Shown: positions 24,121 to 37,897, counted from the stretch's first letter. The stretch: 64,000 nucleotides of DNA from Lama guanicoe (GCA_013239625.1 MU056000.1:12103175-12167174), one strand, 5' to 3'. Made by a program: numbers and translations. The notes: a model not told the origin generated them from the letters alone.

Positions 24121-24530
24121 ACTTACCATCTCCAGTCCCTCCGAGGAACATTCCACCTTCGGTTTGGCTCTCAGGCCAAAATTCATATGGAAAGCAACTG
24201 CCACCCTGACCTTTCGCCACAGCTAAAGACACTGAACAATAATGAACACCATTCCTGTGCTTTAAAAAGTGCTCGGTCGCCATGGAAACCCCTTCCATTC
24301 TCGGGCTAATTAGTGTGGTGTGGTTGTAGGATTTCATACAGCCCGGGAGGGGAGGGAGGGAGGGAGCCGCCAGGAGTGGCCACTCTTTCCAGGCTCCCAT
24401 TGTGACTGTGTTTCTGCCCCTTCACAGAAATTTAACCAGGGGAAGGGGGATCTATAGGCAGATTGTCGCCTTGGGCAACGCACAGGGCGATCACGAGGGG
24501 AGGAGTCCTGTATTTCCATTGGTGGGGCTC
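24121..24530 (-). promoter_or_regulatory. Candidate internal promoter and first exon for headless MYO10
   Basis: Consensus donor ATG|gtaagt at 24127/24126; X-boxes at 24276-24289 and 24465-24479; GGGA repeats at 24345-24366; CCAAT at 24518-24522; 1.75 kb upstream of exon 20. Confidence 0.6.
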
Positions 24531-24974
24531 TTTTTAGTTTCAACTTCCTTTTCTTCTGGGTGAATTTAATGTTCACAGATGACACAGCTGGAGGCTGGAC
24601 CAGTCACAACTTAAAGGCATGTGGCCTTTTAAACTTCCCTCATGCACTCCAGTCTCCACCGGTGACCAGTTTTCCAGAACTGGAGCTCCCCCTTCAAAGA
24701 CTGCCTGCAGTGTCAAACAGTGAAATTCTGATGGCTGACAGATAGGTGGATTTTGGAAGAAACAGCCATAAACCGGGGCACTTATAGTTTCAGGAGTCTG
24801 GTCTTTATCCAGTTACTGAATTTTAAATTATTGAACACCTACTAGGTGCCAAGATCTTGTGATTCACATCCAGGGCAAAGAAAAAAAAAAAAAGTGGGGA
24901 GGGATGGATTCTTCTCTGTCTGAACTCAACCCCCTCATCCCCAGAGCAGGACATTCAGACAACTGATGGAGCTC

Positions 24975-25280
24975 CACAGACATGTCATAATCACCCAAAG
25001 GCCATAGCTGATTTTAGGGTTCACTCTTGGTGCTGTGCATTCTGTGGGTTCTGATGAATGTGTAATGGCGTGTCCACCATCAAAGCATCATACAGTTATG
25101 CTGCCGTAAAAATTCTCTGCTTACTCATCTCCACCTATCCGCAACTCCTGGCAGCCAGTCATATTTTTACTGTCTCCACAGTTTTTTTTTTTTTTCAAAG
25201 AGGAGTTTTTGGTTCACAGCAAATTGAGAGGAGGGTACAGAGATTTCCCTTATACCCTCCGCCCCTTTAGATGCATAGCC
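24975..25280 (-). mobile_element. L1MC-like 3' fragment
   Basis: cacccaaaggccatagctgattttagggttcactcttggtgctgtgcattctgtgggtt resembles the recalled reverse-complement L1MC 3'UTR. Confidence 0.65.
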
Positions 25281-26325
25281 TCACAGGGCTGATTCTGCTT
25301 CCAAGGACCCTGAGATTCAGGAAGGCGACAAGTATGCCAAGCATCATCACTTCTATAGTAGACAGCCTAAAATAAAACCATGCTGAAAATCAAAATTATG
25401 TTCCTTGGGACCACGAAGGAAAGAAAAGTACTGAGGCAGTATGGGGCACGTGAATTTGAACCCAGGTCTGACCCAGAGTTTGGACTCTCACAATTATTAT
25501 TCTCTGCTGGAGCGGAAGGGACATTCTACACAGAGAACATAGCATGTACAAAAGCCAAGAGTCAGAAAAAAGAAGCTGGCATGTTTGGTAGTTAGTCTGG
25601 GACAGAACAGAGGTGGGAGGGAGGGACCCAGGGTGACAGTGGCCACCACACTCAAGTTTGATGCCACTAGATCAAGAGCTCCCCACCGGGGATCAGAGCT
25701 GTGCTGAAGAAGGATTCCCTTGTCAGCGGCAGCAAAACTAGAACCAGGACAAGAGAAATAGCTGGGTATATTTTGGTATCATGCATATCACAAAATGTTA
25801 CACGGTCATTAAAAAGTAAGACCAAATTAAAGACGCACCAGTTAACTCCCCAAGCCTTTTGCAAGGTGCAGAAAAACAAGACACAGGAAAGTATGTATAA
25901 CAATCTTGCTGTAAATCAAACATGACCCCATCGAAAAAACCCACCTGCTCTGTTTATGTACACGTCCATGAATATATACCTCTAAATACACCTGCACAGA
26001 AAAGGATAGGAGGAGACAGGCCAGGTCGCTTTGAGTTGGGGGGGGGGGCACTGCCAGGAGGGGTGGGAAGAAGAAAAAGCTAAGAAAAACAGGGGGAAAT
26101 TTGACTCCACTAAAAGAAGGAAATAATCATACATATACAATGTGAAAAATTTCTATATGACTATATGTCTTTGAAGACATTTAAATAATAGTATTTTTAC
26201 AAAAAAAAAAAACAAACAAAAACCCAAACACAGGATAGATTCTAGAAGTCCTGCATGGTATAGGGTGGAAATGGGGGGAAGAGAAGCAGAGACCAGGGGA
26301 GATGCCACTGTAAGGGCACTTTAAA

Positions 26326-26781
26326 GTGGAAACAACCCACATGTCCATCAACTGATGAGTGGGTCAACAAAATATGCCACATGTCCACACAATGGTGTAT
26401 TATTTGGCCATAAAAAACGAAGCACTGATACAGGCTACAACATGGATGAGCCTTGAGAACATTATACTAAGTGAAAGAGGCCAGTTACAAAAAGACCACG
26501 TGTTACATGATTCCACTCATATGAAAGGTCCAGGACAGGAAATCTACAGGGACAGGAAGTAGAGAGGTGTCTGCCCAGGGCTGGTGGAGGGGACGCAGAT
26601 ACAGAGGGGTGGCAAGCCAAGAGGTAAGGGCATTTCTTTTTGAGGTAATGAAAATGTTCTAAGTGCGTGAGGTGATGGTTGCACGTATCGGTGAATACAC
26701 GAAAAACCGCTGAAACTGTACACTTTCAGTGAGTCAACTGTATGTATGTGATTTCTATGTCAATAAAGCTTTAAAAGAAAA
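26326..26781 (+). mobile_element. L1MB-like 3' end
   Basis: ggaaacaacccacatgtccatcaactgatg...acaacatggatgagccttgagaacattatactaagtgaa...caataaagct plus A tail. Confidence 0.88.
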
Positions 26782-28021
26782 GTACTGTAAAAACCAGCCT
26801 GACACAGGGGCATTTAAAACAGACAAAAAGGGATGGATGCAAGAGAAAGTTTGCAACCTAGAGATGGGATTAAATATATTTAGCTTCAGGTAATGTAATT
26901 CTACCAAAAAATTACAAGCACTTTCCCCCCTGATTTGAAAAAAATAAGATTTTAGAATGCCTAGACAAAACAAATGATGGATAACAGAGCACGCTAAGCC
27001 CACCACAAAAATCAATTACGGTTTTTGCAGCTTAAATTACGCTTCTGCAGCTTAAAATCTAAATAAAGGGCAACAGAGGTGCTGACAAACAGAGACACAG
27101 GACAGGGGAGGTGCTTTACAATGCAGAGAAAGAAATGCATTTATGCATTCATGAATCTGCTTACCCCGAACACTACCTAGCTCTCCGTAATGTCATCAGT
27201 GTTGCACGGAGACAATTAGAAGTGTGACAGTGGACTTGGAACTGGTCATCTGTCCATGGCAAGGGCACATTCAACCTGTGCTTATTTAATTAAAGAAAAT
27301 AAAATGAGTTCATTATCTGTGGGCCAGTGAAGTTCTAATGCTTTTCAGCATTTGGGAGATCTCACAGAAACCAACCCAGGATCCTGAGAAGAGCCTGGGC
27401 GTTGGGGGGATTCCATCTACCACCCAGAGGCTGGTGGGGTCCGGCGGGGGCCAGCCAGGATTGTGGGAAGAAGAAACTTCCCTGTTCTCTGATGGCAGGT
27501 CACACACATATTAAGCACTACAGGGACTGGAACCAAATTAGGGGTGATGGTGAAACTGGGGAAATCCAGCACCATTACTAAGGTGAGAACATCTCCACGC
27601 CTTGGAGTCTTCTGAAGAGAACCACACATTCTGTTTGTCATTCGGAGGGCAGAGAACAAGCCAGACAAGGAGGTAGGGCTGGCTGAGAACTGACTTATTT
27701 CACTCTGTCATCATCCACTGCTACATACTATCACTTGAAATGCATCTATGAGATCAATTTTTTAAAAATTTGATATGAAGGGAGAAAATTATTCTCTAGA
27801 AGAAATATCTGACTCTACATTTGTAAATGACTGCTGTAACTCACCGTAACTTACTTATGTACCTTATGCCAAAAGGGATTAAAGAAAGATAAAATAAACA
27901 GAAAATAAACACAGTGATTAAAAGAGAAAACACAGTAGAAAAGTGCATTGTATTTCCCCCTTTGCCTTGGCTGCCAGGAAGCTCAAAGTTAAACTTAATT
28001 CTCAACAGTCAGTGTTAAGGT

Positions 28022-28106
28022 GGGGAGAGTATAGCACAAGTCCTAGTACCTCCATTTAAGTAAAAAAATAAGTAAACCTAATAACCTCCCTCCTCCTCAA
28101 AAAAAA
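28022..28106 (+). mobile_element. Internally deleted Vic-1-like SINE
   Basis: ggggagagtatagc joined to cctagtacctccatt, followed by the aaacctaataacctccc tail. Confidence 0.7.
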
Positions 28107-31100
28107 TGTTGTTAACCAGGTATTTTATTTTGCCTTAATTTTTGAATCATTCTTCATAGTTAATCAACAAAGGTCTCAGTTCCTATAAGGAGCACCTATT
28201 ATTTTTACAGTCTAAGGTAACAACCATAAGATACATAATCTTAAAAATAATAATTTTTTAAAAAAGAAGAATTTTACTGTTCTACTCTCAAAGGTCTACT
28301 GTTGACTATACACAGAGAATTTCAAATGATTTTTGGCAGCCTTGCAGGGACCAGGTCCTCCTGTCTAGGGGTGCAAGGTACCCACAGGAAGCCTTCAACT
28401 CACACAGCACTTGAGCACAGAGACCCAATGGGGTGGGTTAGATGAGTAATATTATTCCGTTTTGCGGATGAGGAAACTGGAAGTGAGCAAGGCTAAATGA
28501 GTTGTTCAAATCAGTTTTAATATTGGCTTAAATCAAACAATTAAAGCTCAAAGAGCTCTGCATTCCCAAAAGCTAGCATGTGGACCAGACCTGTATGCAC
28601 TGAACTGTATTTCCCTACAGATATGTTATAAAGTCAGGGCCATATTTCCAGAGGCTGTAATTCTCAAAGGGATGAGCTGGAAACTTCTTTGGGAAAAAGA
28701 CTACGATGGAATCCAGGCAGAGAATGTGCCCTATATTGTAGCATTTCCAGGAGCACTGGGTCTTCTGGGCACATGGTGACATTCTCTAAAGATTTTAACA
28801 CTAAGAGCCAGTGGAGGTTAGGGACAACCTGTCAGGTGCTGACCTGGTGTAAATACAGGTGATATAAAAATCACCATTCTAAGGGCCACACCACTGGAGA
28901 GCAGAAGCTGGTTTGCTACCCTGAGCTCAGCCAACTGTCTATACATGGAAGTAACTAGTGAACAGAGGAAAACTTTTGGAAAATCAAATAGCAAACTCTG
29001 AGCAAACACAGAGTTTTAACACAGATAATGAAACGCTGACAATAATGTTACTTTGCATCTTGGCATTTGAACAGAATTCAAATATTCCTGGACTCACTTA
29101 TGGTTGCAACTCCACCTGCCTCTCTTCTCTGCTCCCTGGGTACCACCTGCCAAGGACAGACGCTTGTCAAGAGCCAACACACAACAGCAGACAGAGGGAC
29201 ACACTCCAAACACACTGATCTCCAAGTGTGGAGTGAGCCCACATGTGACAACATTTAATGATAACCGCTTTCGCTTGAAAAACAAATCCAACTTGGTAAT
29301 TCCGGCGGCTGCTTCTGAACACAGACTACAATTTATTTCCAGAACAGGTCCTTCTCTCCCCTTTTTAGAGATGCTCAATTTATTCAAAGTCTAAAAACTA
29401 AGCACTTGATAGGAATCCAGTGTCTTGGAGACCAGGTAAAAGTAGACACAGTTTACTATTTTAATCAATCAAAAACATTTATAAGCAACCTTCCATAGAC
29501 TGAGCAACCACAGAGGTAACTGTATGGGATACACCAGAGCAGACCCAGTCCTTGCTCTGACTCGACAAAGGCAGACTCTCTTTGGGTCCAATCTGCTTGG
29601 AACACAACGTGGCAGCAAGCCCTGGGCCTGGTGGAACAGGTCCTCAGAGCTCAGAGGAACGAGACATGGGAGGTGAGCATTACACCAACAGGGTCTTACT
29701 GCCCTATGTTTTTTTCTTTTTTAACTTTGTATCTTATTAAGATTTATCCCCCGCCAACATTGGTAGATTGTTTCTCAAAGGACAACATTTGAAAATTAAT
29801 TTAAGTGAGAGTCCTACTTTTTCTCATTGTATTTTTTAATGGCTCCTGACCCACCTCCTCGTGAAATATTGTACACTTTATTTACACATATTAGCCTTGC
29901 AATGGAGAGACTTACCACATAGTCCCCATGATGGAAGATTAGTACCCAGCATCCTAAGAAATGTAGAATCAGTTCACTTTGGGGTAAAACCATCACATGA
30001 GTCTTCATTTTGACAAGTAAACATTTTGAAATGGGAGAGCTACTAGCATTACAGAGAGAATCTGATATATTAGGTATATCTGTATTTGCATTATGATTAT
30101 GGGACATATCTTTACCCTAATTCAACCTTTAAATACAAACAAGCAAACAAATTTTAAACAGCTTGATAACCCTTCATCAAATTTAAGTGGCAAAAAATTA
30201 CAGATGAGTTTACCAAAAGTCGACAATGTTCCACTAAAAACATATCATTCGCGGCCCTATGCTGACAGGACTCTTGTCCTGACCTCTTAGTAATTAATGA
30301 AAAAATTAAGACATGAGGACTCTGAATCTTTATTTGCTGTCTTTGCTGCATCAGCTTCTCAAAAGCAGTTAAATAAGTATCAGACAGTTTTCTGATGCTT
30401 TGAACAGTTTTCAAAAGCATGGTTACTAAAGCAGCAACAGACCTTGACTGACCTCAAACGGAAAGTAAATAAAAGCCAATTAAACTATCGACAAAGGTTC
30501 TTTGTACTTACCTCAGTCATTTCACTCCCGGGCTGGTCAACATTTGGCACAATTGTCGCTACTTGCTAAGTTTCACATTTTGAGAAAAGAGGCACAAACA
30601 CATTTCCCCAGGAGAAGAGGCAACCCCGTCCCAGGTGAGGAACTGGAGCAATGTGGTTATGTGATTGGCCAAAGCTGTCACTGTCCTGGGGGTCTGATCA
30701 TAGGAATGTGGAAATTTCTCACTCACCAAGTACAGCCTTCAAACCACCCCGCTCCCGGCTGAGCAGGATCAAAAAGCAAGGAAATCCAAGCTCTGCTACA
30801 GGTGGAAACTGCAGTGCTCACCTCAGATCCACACAAACCCTAACAACTTCACAAGAAAGGAAAACTCTGAACATAACTGGTTAGACACGTGCACATGAAA
30901 TCCTTCCAAGGCACAGCCTTCGCCGTATCATAGCCCTGTTCACAGACTCCCAATACACGCCAAATTAAGACAAAGGCTTCCATTTCACATTCGAGGCCCT
31001 CACAATACGCTCCAACCTACCTTCCCAGTCAATACACCCCCACAACGTACTCTACATCTAAGTCAAATTAGAGGTAAGTCCAGCTGTTGACTAAAACCTC

Positions 31101-31496
31101 CACCTCCTGTTTTACCTCTCAGCTGAAGCCAGCTTTTCCACCTGAAATGCTCACCCACTATCTTTTAAATGCTGAGTTCCATGGATCTTGTCGGGGTCTC
31201 TCAAATACTCCCTCCCCAATAAAATTGTTCCAGATGCATCCAACTGGTACCATCTGATCTTGACCATGCTCTTCCTCTTGGCATGTATTTTTTTTTTATA
31301 TCCACCAGACACATCCATGTGAATCCCTCATTAGAGTATAAATTTCTTCAGGGCAGGAGCTGAATCTTAAGAATTTCTCACTAAATTGCCGACCACTGGA
31401 CTTGAACCTCAGATACGTACCCACATAACCGACTGTACTGTGTAAATAAAAGCGTGATTCTGTTTACAGTTGTTTCAATGGACTTGTCTGGCCATG

Positions 31497-33090
31497 GCTT
31501 AGAAACAAGATCAAAAACACAGCACATGAAAGGAAAAACGGCTAAGTTGGATCTCATGAAAATTAACTTCTCTGTGAAAGACACTGTTAAGACAATGAAA
31601 AGATAAGCAACACACTGGGAAAATGTTTGAAAACGACATAGCTGGAAGAAGACTGTCATCAAGCATACCTGAAACTCAATAATACAAAAACACCACCCGA
31701 TTTTTAAAACAGACAAAAGATCTGAGCAGACACATCATCAAAGAATCTACAGGGATGGCTAAGAGGCATGTGGAAAGAGACAGCATCGGTTCTCTTAGGA
31801 AACTGCAGATGAAAACAGTGACATGCCACCACACACCTGTGAGGATGATTAATACAGAAAACTGAAAATACCAAATGCTGGCAAGGATGCAGAGCAACAG
31901 GAACCCTAATTCACAGCTGGCTGAATGCAAAGTGATACAGCCAATTTGGAAGACAGTTTCTTAAAGCTAGACATAGTCTTAACACTTCAACCAGCAACCA
32001 CAGTCCTGGATACAGTCATTTGTATCCATGGGAGATTGGTTCCAGGACCCCAGGGATACCAAAATCCATGGATTCTCAAGTTCCTTACATTAAATGGTGC
32101 AGTATTTGCATATAGCCTACACACATCCTCCAGGATACTTTAAATCATCTCTAGGTTACTTGCAATACCTAATACAACGTAAATGCTACATAGATAGCTA
32201 TAGATACAATGTAACTGTTATGCATATAGTTGTCAGCACATGGCAAATTCATGTTTCACTTTGTGGAACTTTCTGGAAATTTTTCCCCCTGAATATTTTT
32301 GATCTGAGGTTGGTTGGATTCCCAGATGTGAAACCCTTGGATAAGGAAGGCTGACTGTACCTACTCAATTAAGTTGAACATTTATACTCACACAAAAGCA
32401 TAGCCTTTATTCATAATTATCCAAAGCTGGAAGCAACCATGATGCCCTTCAGTTGGTAAACAAAGAAACTGTAGTACATTCATTCAATGGAATATTATTC
32501 AGATTTTTTTTAAAAAAGAGCTCTCAAGCCCCCCCAAAACTTGGAAGAATCTTAAATCCATAGTGCTAAGTGCAAGAAGACTTTCTGAAACAGACATACA
32601 CTATGTATGTGATTCCAATTACATGGTATACTGAGTAAGGCAGAGCCATAGAGATGGTAGAAAGATGAGAGGTTGCTAGGAGCTCGGGGGAGGGCTGAAC
32701 AGGTAAGGCGCCGGGAAATTTCAGATTGGTTCCACCTGATGCTGTACCAGTGGGTGCGTGACATGATACATTTGTCCAAATCTGCAAAATTTTACAGCAA
32801 AAGAATGAACCTTGGAGGATCCCAGGAAATCACTCAGATGGTCACAAAAGAATCTGAATGTGTTACAAATGTGTGAAACAACATCACTGAAGGACTCGGG
32901 GGAAACCTGCAACTCAAGTAGCTTTGGACATGGAGTCTCTTCAGTCTTAAGACTTAAAGGCAAAAGGAGTCCCATGTGATTAGTATGGTTTTGTAGTTGA
33001 TAAAGTTGTTTCCCCGCATATGGACCAGCAATTCTGAAACCGCTATACATCTATACGGGAATAGAACAACTGAATAAACGGATGGTGGAA
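31497..33090 (+). mobile_element. Old L1M ORF2 end and 3'UTR (L1MC-like), interrupted by MER2
   Basis: Degenerate ORF2 3' motifs (ccaaatgctggcaaggatgcagagcaac; ctggaagcaaccatgatgcc; caatggaatattattcag). Confidence 0.8.
32013..32357 (+). mobile_element. MER2-like TcMar-Tigger MITE
   Basis: TA-CAGTC...GACTG-TA termini, 345 bp; internal gtatccatgggagattggttccaggaccc matches recalled MER2. Confidence 0.88.
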
Positions 33091-34908
33091 GAAAACCTTA
33101 ATAAAACTAATTCTATCCAACTAGAGTTGATTTACTGTCATGAAAACAGCAGCTGGAAAACCCAAATCTGATGCTGGTTTAACCTCAACTCTTAAGGATG
33201 CCAGTCACAAGGTCCAAGGAGTCCTCAAAATGTGCTTCTAGAGAACAAGCCCAAAACACAGCTCAATCAATCCCCACCTGTGTTTTCAGTTACTTATGTG
33301 ACACAACTGGAATGTGTTTCTATGGGGAATAGTTCAGCTCAAGATGTAATGAAGGCACTTTTCAGCACAGAGTTTAATGAGGACAGATGTAAAAGACAGT
33401 GGGAGAGAAAAGTTGTTTTGTTTTCTCCATTAAGCTATCATTCAACGAGAGAATAATGCAGGAAAAGTGGGTTTTTTAAAACCAGAAATAGAATATATTC
33501 AGTGAAAACCAACCAGCTCTCCTGGAGAAACCCACTCTTGCCAGTTTCCTGGGTTTTCTTCCAGTCATCGTATTCTATGCACGTGTAAACGCAGGACTGG
33601 GTGTGCATGTATACTGACATGCACATGCACACACAGATAAACACACTTTTTTTTTTTAAAGGCAAATGAAAACATATTCAATGTTTTGCTCTGTTCACCC
33701 AAGGTAATCCTGGAGCGCTCCCTGTTAGGACACATGGATCGCCTGTGTTTTTCACAGCCGCACAGTATGTCATTACCAGAATGCGTTTAATCAGCTCCCT
33801 GCGGAGGACCATTTAGGTTGTTTCTGCTATTTGCTGTTTTCTATTTAGCTTTTGCTGAATGAAAGGAAATAAAGCGGAATAATGGCGCCCCCACGCCAGA
33901 GCACTTCCTGTCAACACCTCCATCCCTGGCCCCCCAAGAATCCTCTTTGTTTCAGAGTGAATGCGGTCCTGTACTTCTGATGGCCAGCAGTCAGGAGCCC
34001 AGAGAACAGGAAGGCGATCGCTCCAGGGTGAAGCTGTATAAGCCCTGCCTCTAAAGAAACGTGATTCCCAACATGCCCTACGTGTGAGACAGGCTCTTGT
34101 TCTATGAAATGATTACACCACGGACCCCCGGGCTCCCAGCTCTTACAAAGTGTCAGTATCAGTTCCACACTTTAATCAGTCAAACTGATTACTGATGAGA
34201 AGGCTCCAACTAGCAATTTAATTCTGACCATTTTCTATTATGTTCCTGCATTAGACCATGGAACGCTGGCAGTTTATCTGTCACACTGTGTAACAAGGTC
34301 ACTTAATATTTCTAGTCCAAATGATGGTCAGAACCCTAAAGGGATAGGTTATGATAAAAGGCTGTGTCAAAGTAATTTAATAATGAACATAGCAGCTCCC
34401 TACTCACTCAATAGTGACTATGTTTCCACCAATGAATTAAAACACTCTCCAAGTGTCTCTTAATCCTTACAACCACCCTATGAATTAAATCAGCCCATGA
34501 TGATCAAATGAAACATGTGACGTGAGGCGAAGAGAGGCAACCACTCAGGAAATGCCGTCAGCTAACACCTGCAGGGCACCGTACGTTCCACATGTCGTGT
34601 GCTCACCTCTCCCGCCCTGGGAGGTGGGCAGGGGAGCCACCAGCATCTTCATCGTTCACAGGTCCAAGGAACGGGAGTGATCTGAGTCACATCACACAGC
34701 AGTTACCAAGACAGAGGAGCAGCCGGCACCCACTTCTCCTAACATCAGAATCCCTGCAGGTTCTGCCAAAGCCTCCCTAGAACGAAGCAGCTCCTCTTCT
34801 TACCCACAAATTCTAGTCCACAGTGACGCTGTGTGAGTAGCTGCTGTGATCCTGGTGGCTGATGTGCTTCTGTTCTGGTGCCCATATTAGACTGTGTTCA
34901 TGAGTCTA

Positions 34909-34938
34909 TGGTGGTGGTGGTGGTGGTGGTGGTGGTGG
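34909..34938. repeat. (TGG)10 microsatellite
   Basis: Direct reading. Confidence 0.95.
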
Positions 34939-35383
34939 ATCACAGGTACAAGGACCACGTGCCATGCACTGTGCTAACTTTACAATGCTCCCTTTTATTT
35001 GATTTTAGCAACTCTGAGGTAGAGATCAACATCATCCTTGTTTGACAGAGGTATAACCTGAGGCACAGAGAGGTCAATTAACTTATCTGGGGTCACACAG
35101 CTCCTCCGAGTCAGAGCCAGGCCAGAGTGAGGGCTGAGCTTGCACCAGAACTGCTAGCTACACTGCTCTTCTGCAAGGTGCAAGTTCAGGAGGCAGGGTG
35201 GGACGTTCCTGCCCTTCCAGAGTATTCATTATTTAACAATGGAGTTTGTTTCCCGGAACATTTGCCCTCAATATTCCTGAATGAAATTCATCACAATAGT
35301 TATATTGGTAGCAGACTGTAAGCCAAAACAGAAATCAACTTCTGAGGATTAAAACTCAAATGAGACAATACATTCAGTTAATG

Positions 35384-35551
35384 CAGGGGTTGGCAAAGGA
35401 CAGCCTTGGAGCCACATCCGGCCTGCCACCTGTTTGGTAAGTAAAGTTTTATTGGAACACTGCCACACATTATGACTGCTTTCACGTGACAGAGGCAAAG
35501 CCTAAAATATTGTCTATCTTGCCAGTTACAGAAAAAGGTCGCCAGCACCTG
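35384..35551 (+). mobile_element. MER58-like hAT-Charlie MITE
   Basis: caggggttggcaaa...aaagttttattggaacac...gaaaaaggtcgccagcacctg. Confidence 0.8.
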
Positions 35552-35689
35552 TGTTGGAGAATGAAAGTCAGGGAAACAGTGCAAACTGAATTGTGTCTTA
35601 AAGGTAATTATAGGCCAGATTTTAAGAAACCAACAGGGAAAAATAAGATGCAAAATATGTTATTAATAATTCTGGAATTTATTACGTGG

Positions 35690-35840
35690 TCAAGTAACAC
35701 TTTGGATTTGTTAGGCTAAAATATACTATTAAAACTAATTTCACAAAGACTAATTTCTTTTTACACTTTGAAATGTGGCTATTGGAAAAATTTTGGTTAC
35801 ATACATGACTCATGTTTTATTTCTGCTGGACAGCGTTGCT
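35690..35840 (+). mobile_element. MER33/MER3-like hAT fragment
   Basis: aaatatactattaaaactaatttcac...aaatgtggctattggaaaa...tttctgctggacagcgttg. Confidence 0.6.
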
Positions 35841-37809
35841 CTAATAAACTAGGCTGAACCTCTGGCTCTGCAAGGACTCGGAGAGTGAAAGAACAACAAA
35901 GCTTAACATTACCTTTCTACTTGCATTTGTTTGATACTCGGAGCATCTTTTATACAAATGAACTGTCAGACTATTTAAATACAAGGCTTACCTAGGGACA
36001 AATCACAAACATTACTTCTCATTGAACACATTATCCGTTATTCAAATATGAAACCCAATCCTCACACAAATAATGTGAAACAGAAGAGACCTCATGAATA
36101 GTTTTCATGAGGCCCATGACTCTAACCAAAAACATTAGATGTGAAGAATTTCCATTAACTTCAAATAAAGGATGAAACAGCCACCTGATGACTCTCAAAA
36201 TATGGTAATTTCATTTGCCTAATAAACCTGTTTCGTTTCCAAAGTCACTCCAGAAGATTCCGAGGACACTGAATTTGTTTTACTTTTAACAAGCCATTGC
36301 ACCCAGCATCTTCAGCACCTAAAGTAATGATGAAATAGAGCACCATTGGGGGAATGTGTAATCAAGTTAGACTCAACAGGCCAAAATGGGAACACACACA
36401 TCCTCATCCGTTTCCCCCCAAGCCTGGCAAGTGAACGCTTAGAAAGGCTACAGCTAACAGCTCCCCATGTTCAGTCGAGGCACTTTGCCTTTAACTGGGT
36501 CCGCACGACGTTTCCTCTTTTGAGTCTTAGCCGCCCTTGTGACCGCGTCACATACTTGTTTCCAAACCCCACCAATGGCCTGAAAACCACATGTATTTAA
36601 CGTTTGGTCGAATGCTTCCTTGAGTTAGAAGAATACAAGCCCCCCTCCTCCATGGCTTCTTTCTTCCATTCTTATTCCTTTCCGGTTTCCTGCTTTGAAC
36701 AAGGGCCCTCGCACCTGCTGCTCTGGCGGCTCTTCCCCTCGTTGGCCCGCTGTGCGTGCAGAACACTGCTCACTGCTGGGGTTCCGCCTCCTCTCCTGCC
36801 TACAACAGAGGCAGACACCCCCACTCTGCCTCCCCTGGGCCAGGAAACCCTACAGAAAGTGACTGGTCTTTGCACCTGTACATCAGGCCCCCTTGGGGAC
36901 CAGGCACCTGGTGCTTTCCCTTGGTCGCCCCCTGCTACTCACCTGGGGAAGACAGAAGGCAGAGTGTTCCTGCAACAAGGGACCCCTGGTTGGCTAAAAA
37001 AGTGGAGCTGGCATTTAATTCTCAACACTGAAAGGAAGCAATGGTTTCCTTCCTGAATTAAAAGCGAAGCGACAAATAATGGTATCTAATATTTAAATAT
37101 GGGTGATTCTCTGCAAGGGACTTTCATCACCTTAATTAAATCTCAAAGAACTCCTATTAAAGCAAGTGGGCCAGCCAGGAAGATTATTCCATGACACACA
37201 CAGAGGACGTGAATCGGATACAACTTGAGCGCCGGGTCCTAGGTCACGTGACTGGCACACACTAGGACCTATGTCTAGATTCTGTGCTCTTCCGTCTTGT
37301 AGGAAAACCAGGAGCATGTGACTCCAAATGCGGCTTGTGACAGGCGCCAGTCCATGATGCGATGGACACCGATAGTGAGAGTAAGCATTTAGGAACTTTA
37401 ACAGTAATATGACATGGCCACATCATTTTTATTCTGTTTTTCAAAAGTACCACTCCACAAAGAATTGGCAATAAAGCAAAGAACTTCTCTTTTGCCACAT
37501 GTATTTTGAGAAGAGCTGCTCTAGAAGGTACCAATGTCAATTTTGGGTAATGCTTATGAGAAATTTCTTGACAACCATGGGTATACAAATCTACTGTTCT
37601 TACAACATTATTAATTTTGCACGAAGTACTCAACTTACTTCCCTTTCTATTGTTTAACATCAAATCAGGCTCAACAGATAAGGAATGTTTATTTATCGAA
37701 ATCCTTCCTGAAACCTGTTACAAGCATAAAGTGCCTATTCAGAAAATCTGATATCGCATCTGTTAAAAGTTCTCCGAACTGTACACAAGACACACTCCAA
37801 ACATTTTGA

Positions 37810-37897
37810 GGGGGTGGGTATAGCTCAATGGCAGAAACACGTGCTCAGCATGAGTGAAATCCTGGGTTCAATTCCTAGTACCTCCACTAAAAAAAAA
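37810..37897 (+). mobile_element. Vic-1-like SINE (short form)
   Basis: gggtatagctcaatggcag...cctgggttcaattcctagtacctccac followed by an A tail. Confidence 0.85.

Noticed and set aside
36604..37056. 150 aa plus-strand ORF in intron 19
   Set aside because: Non-ATG start, no recognisable domain or splice structure; within chance expectation.
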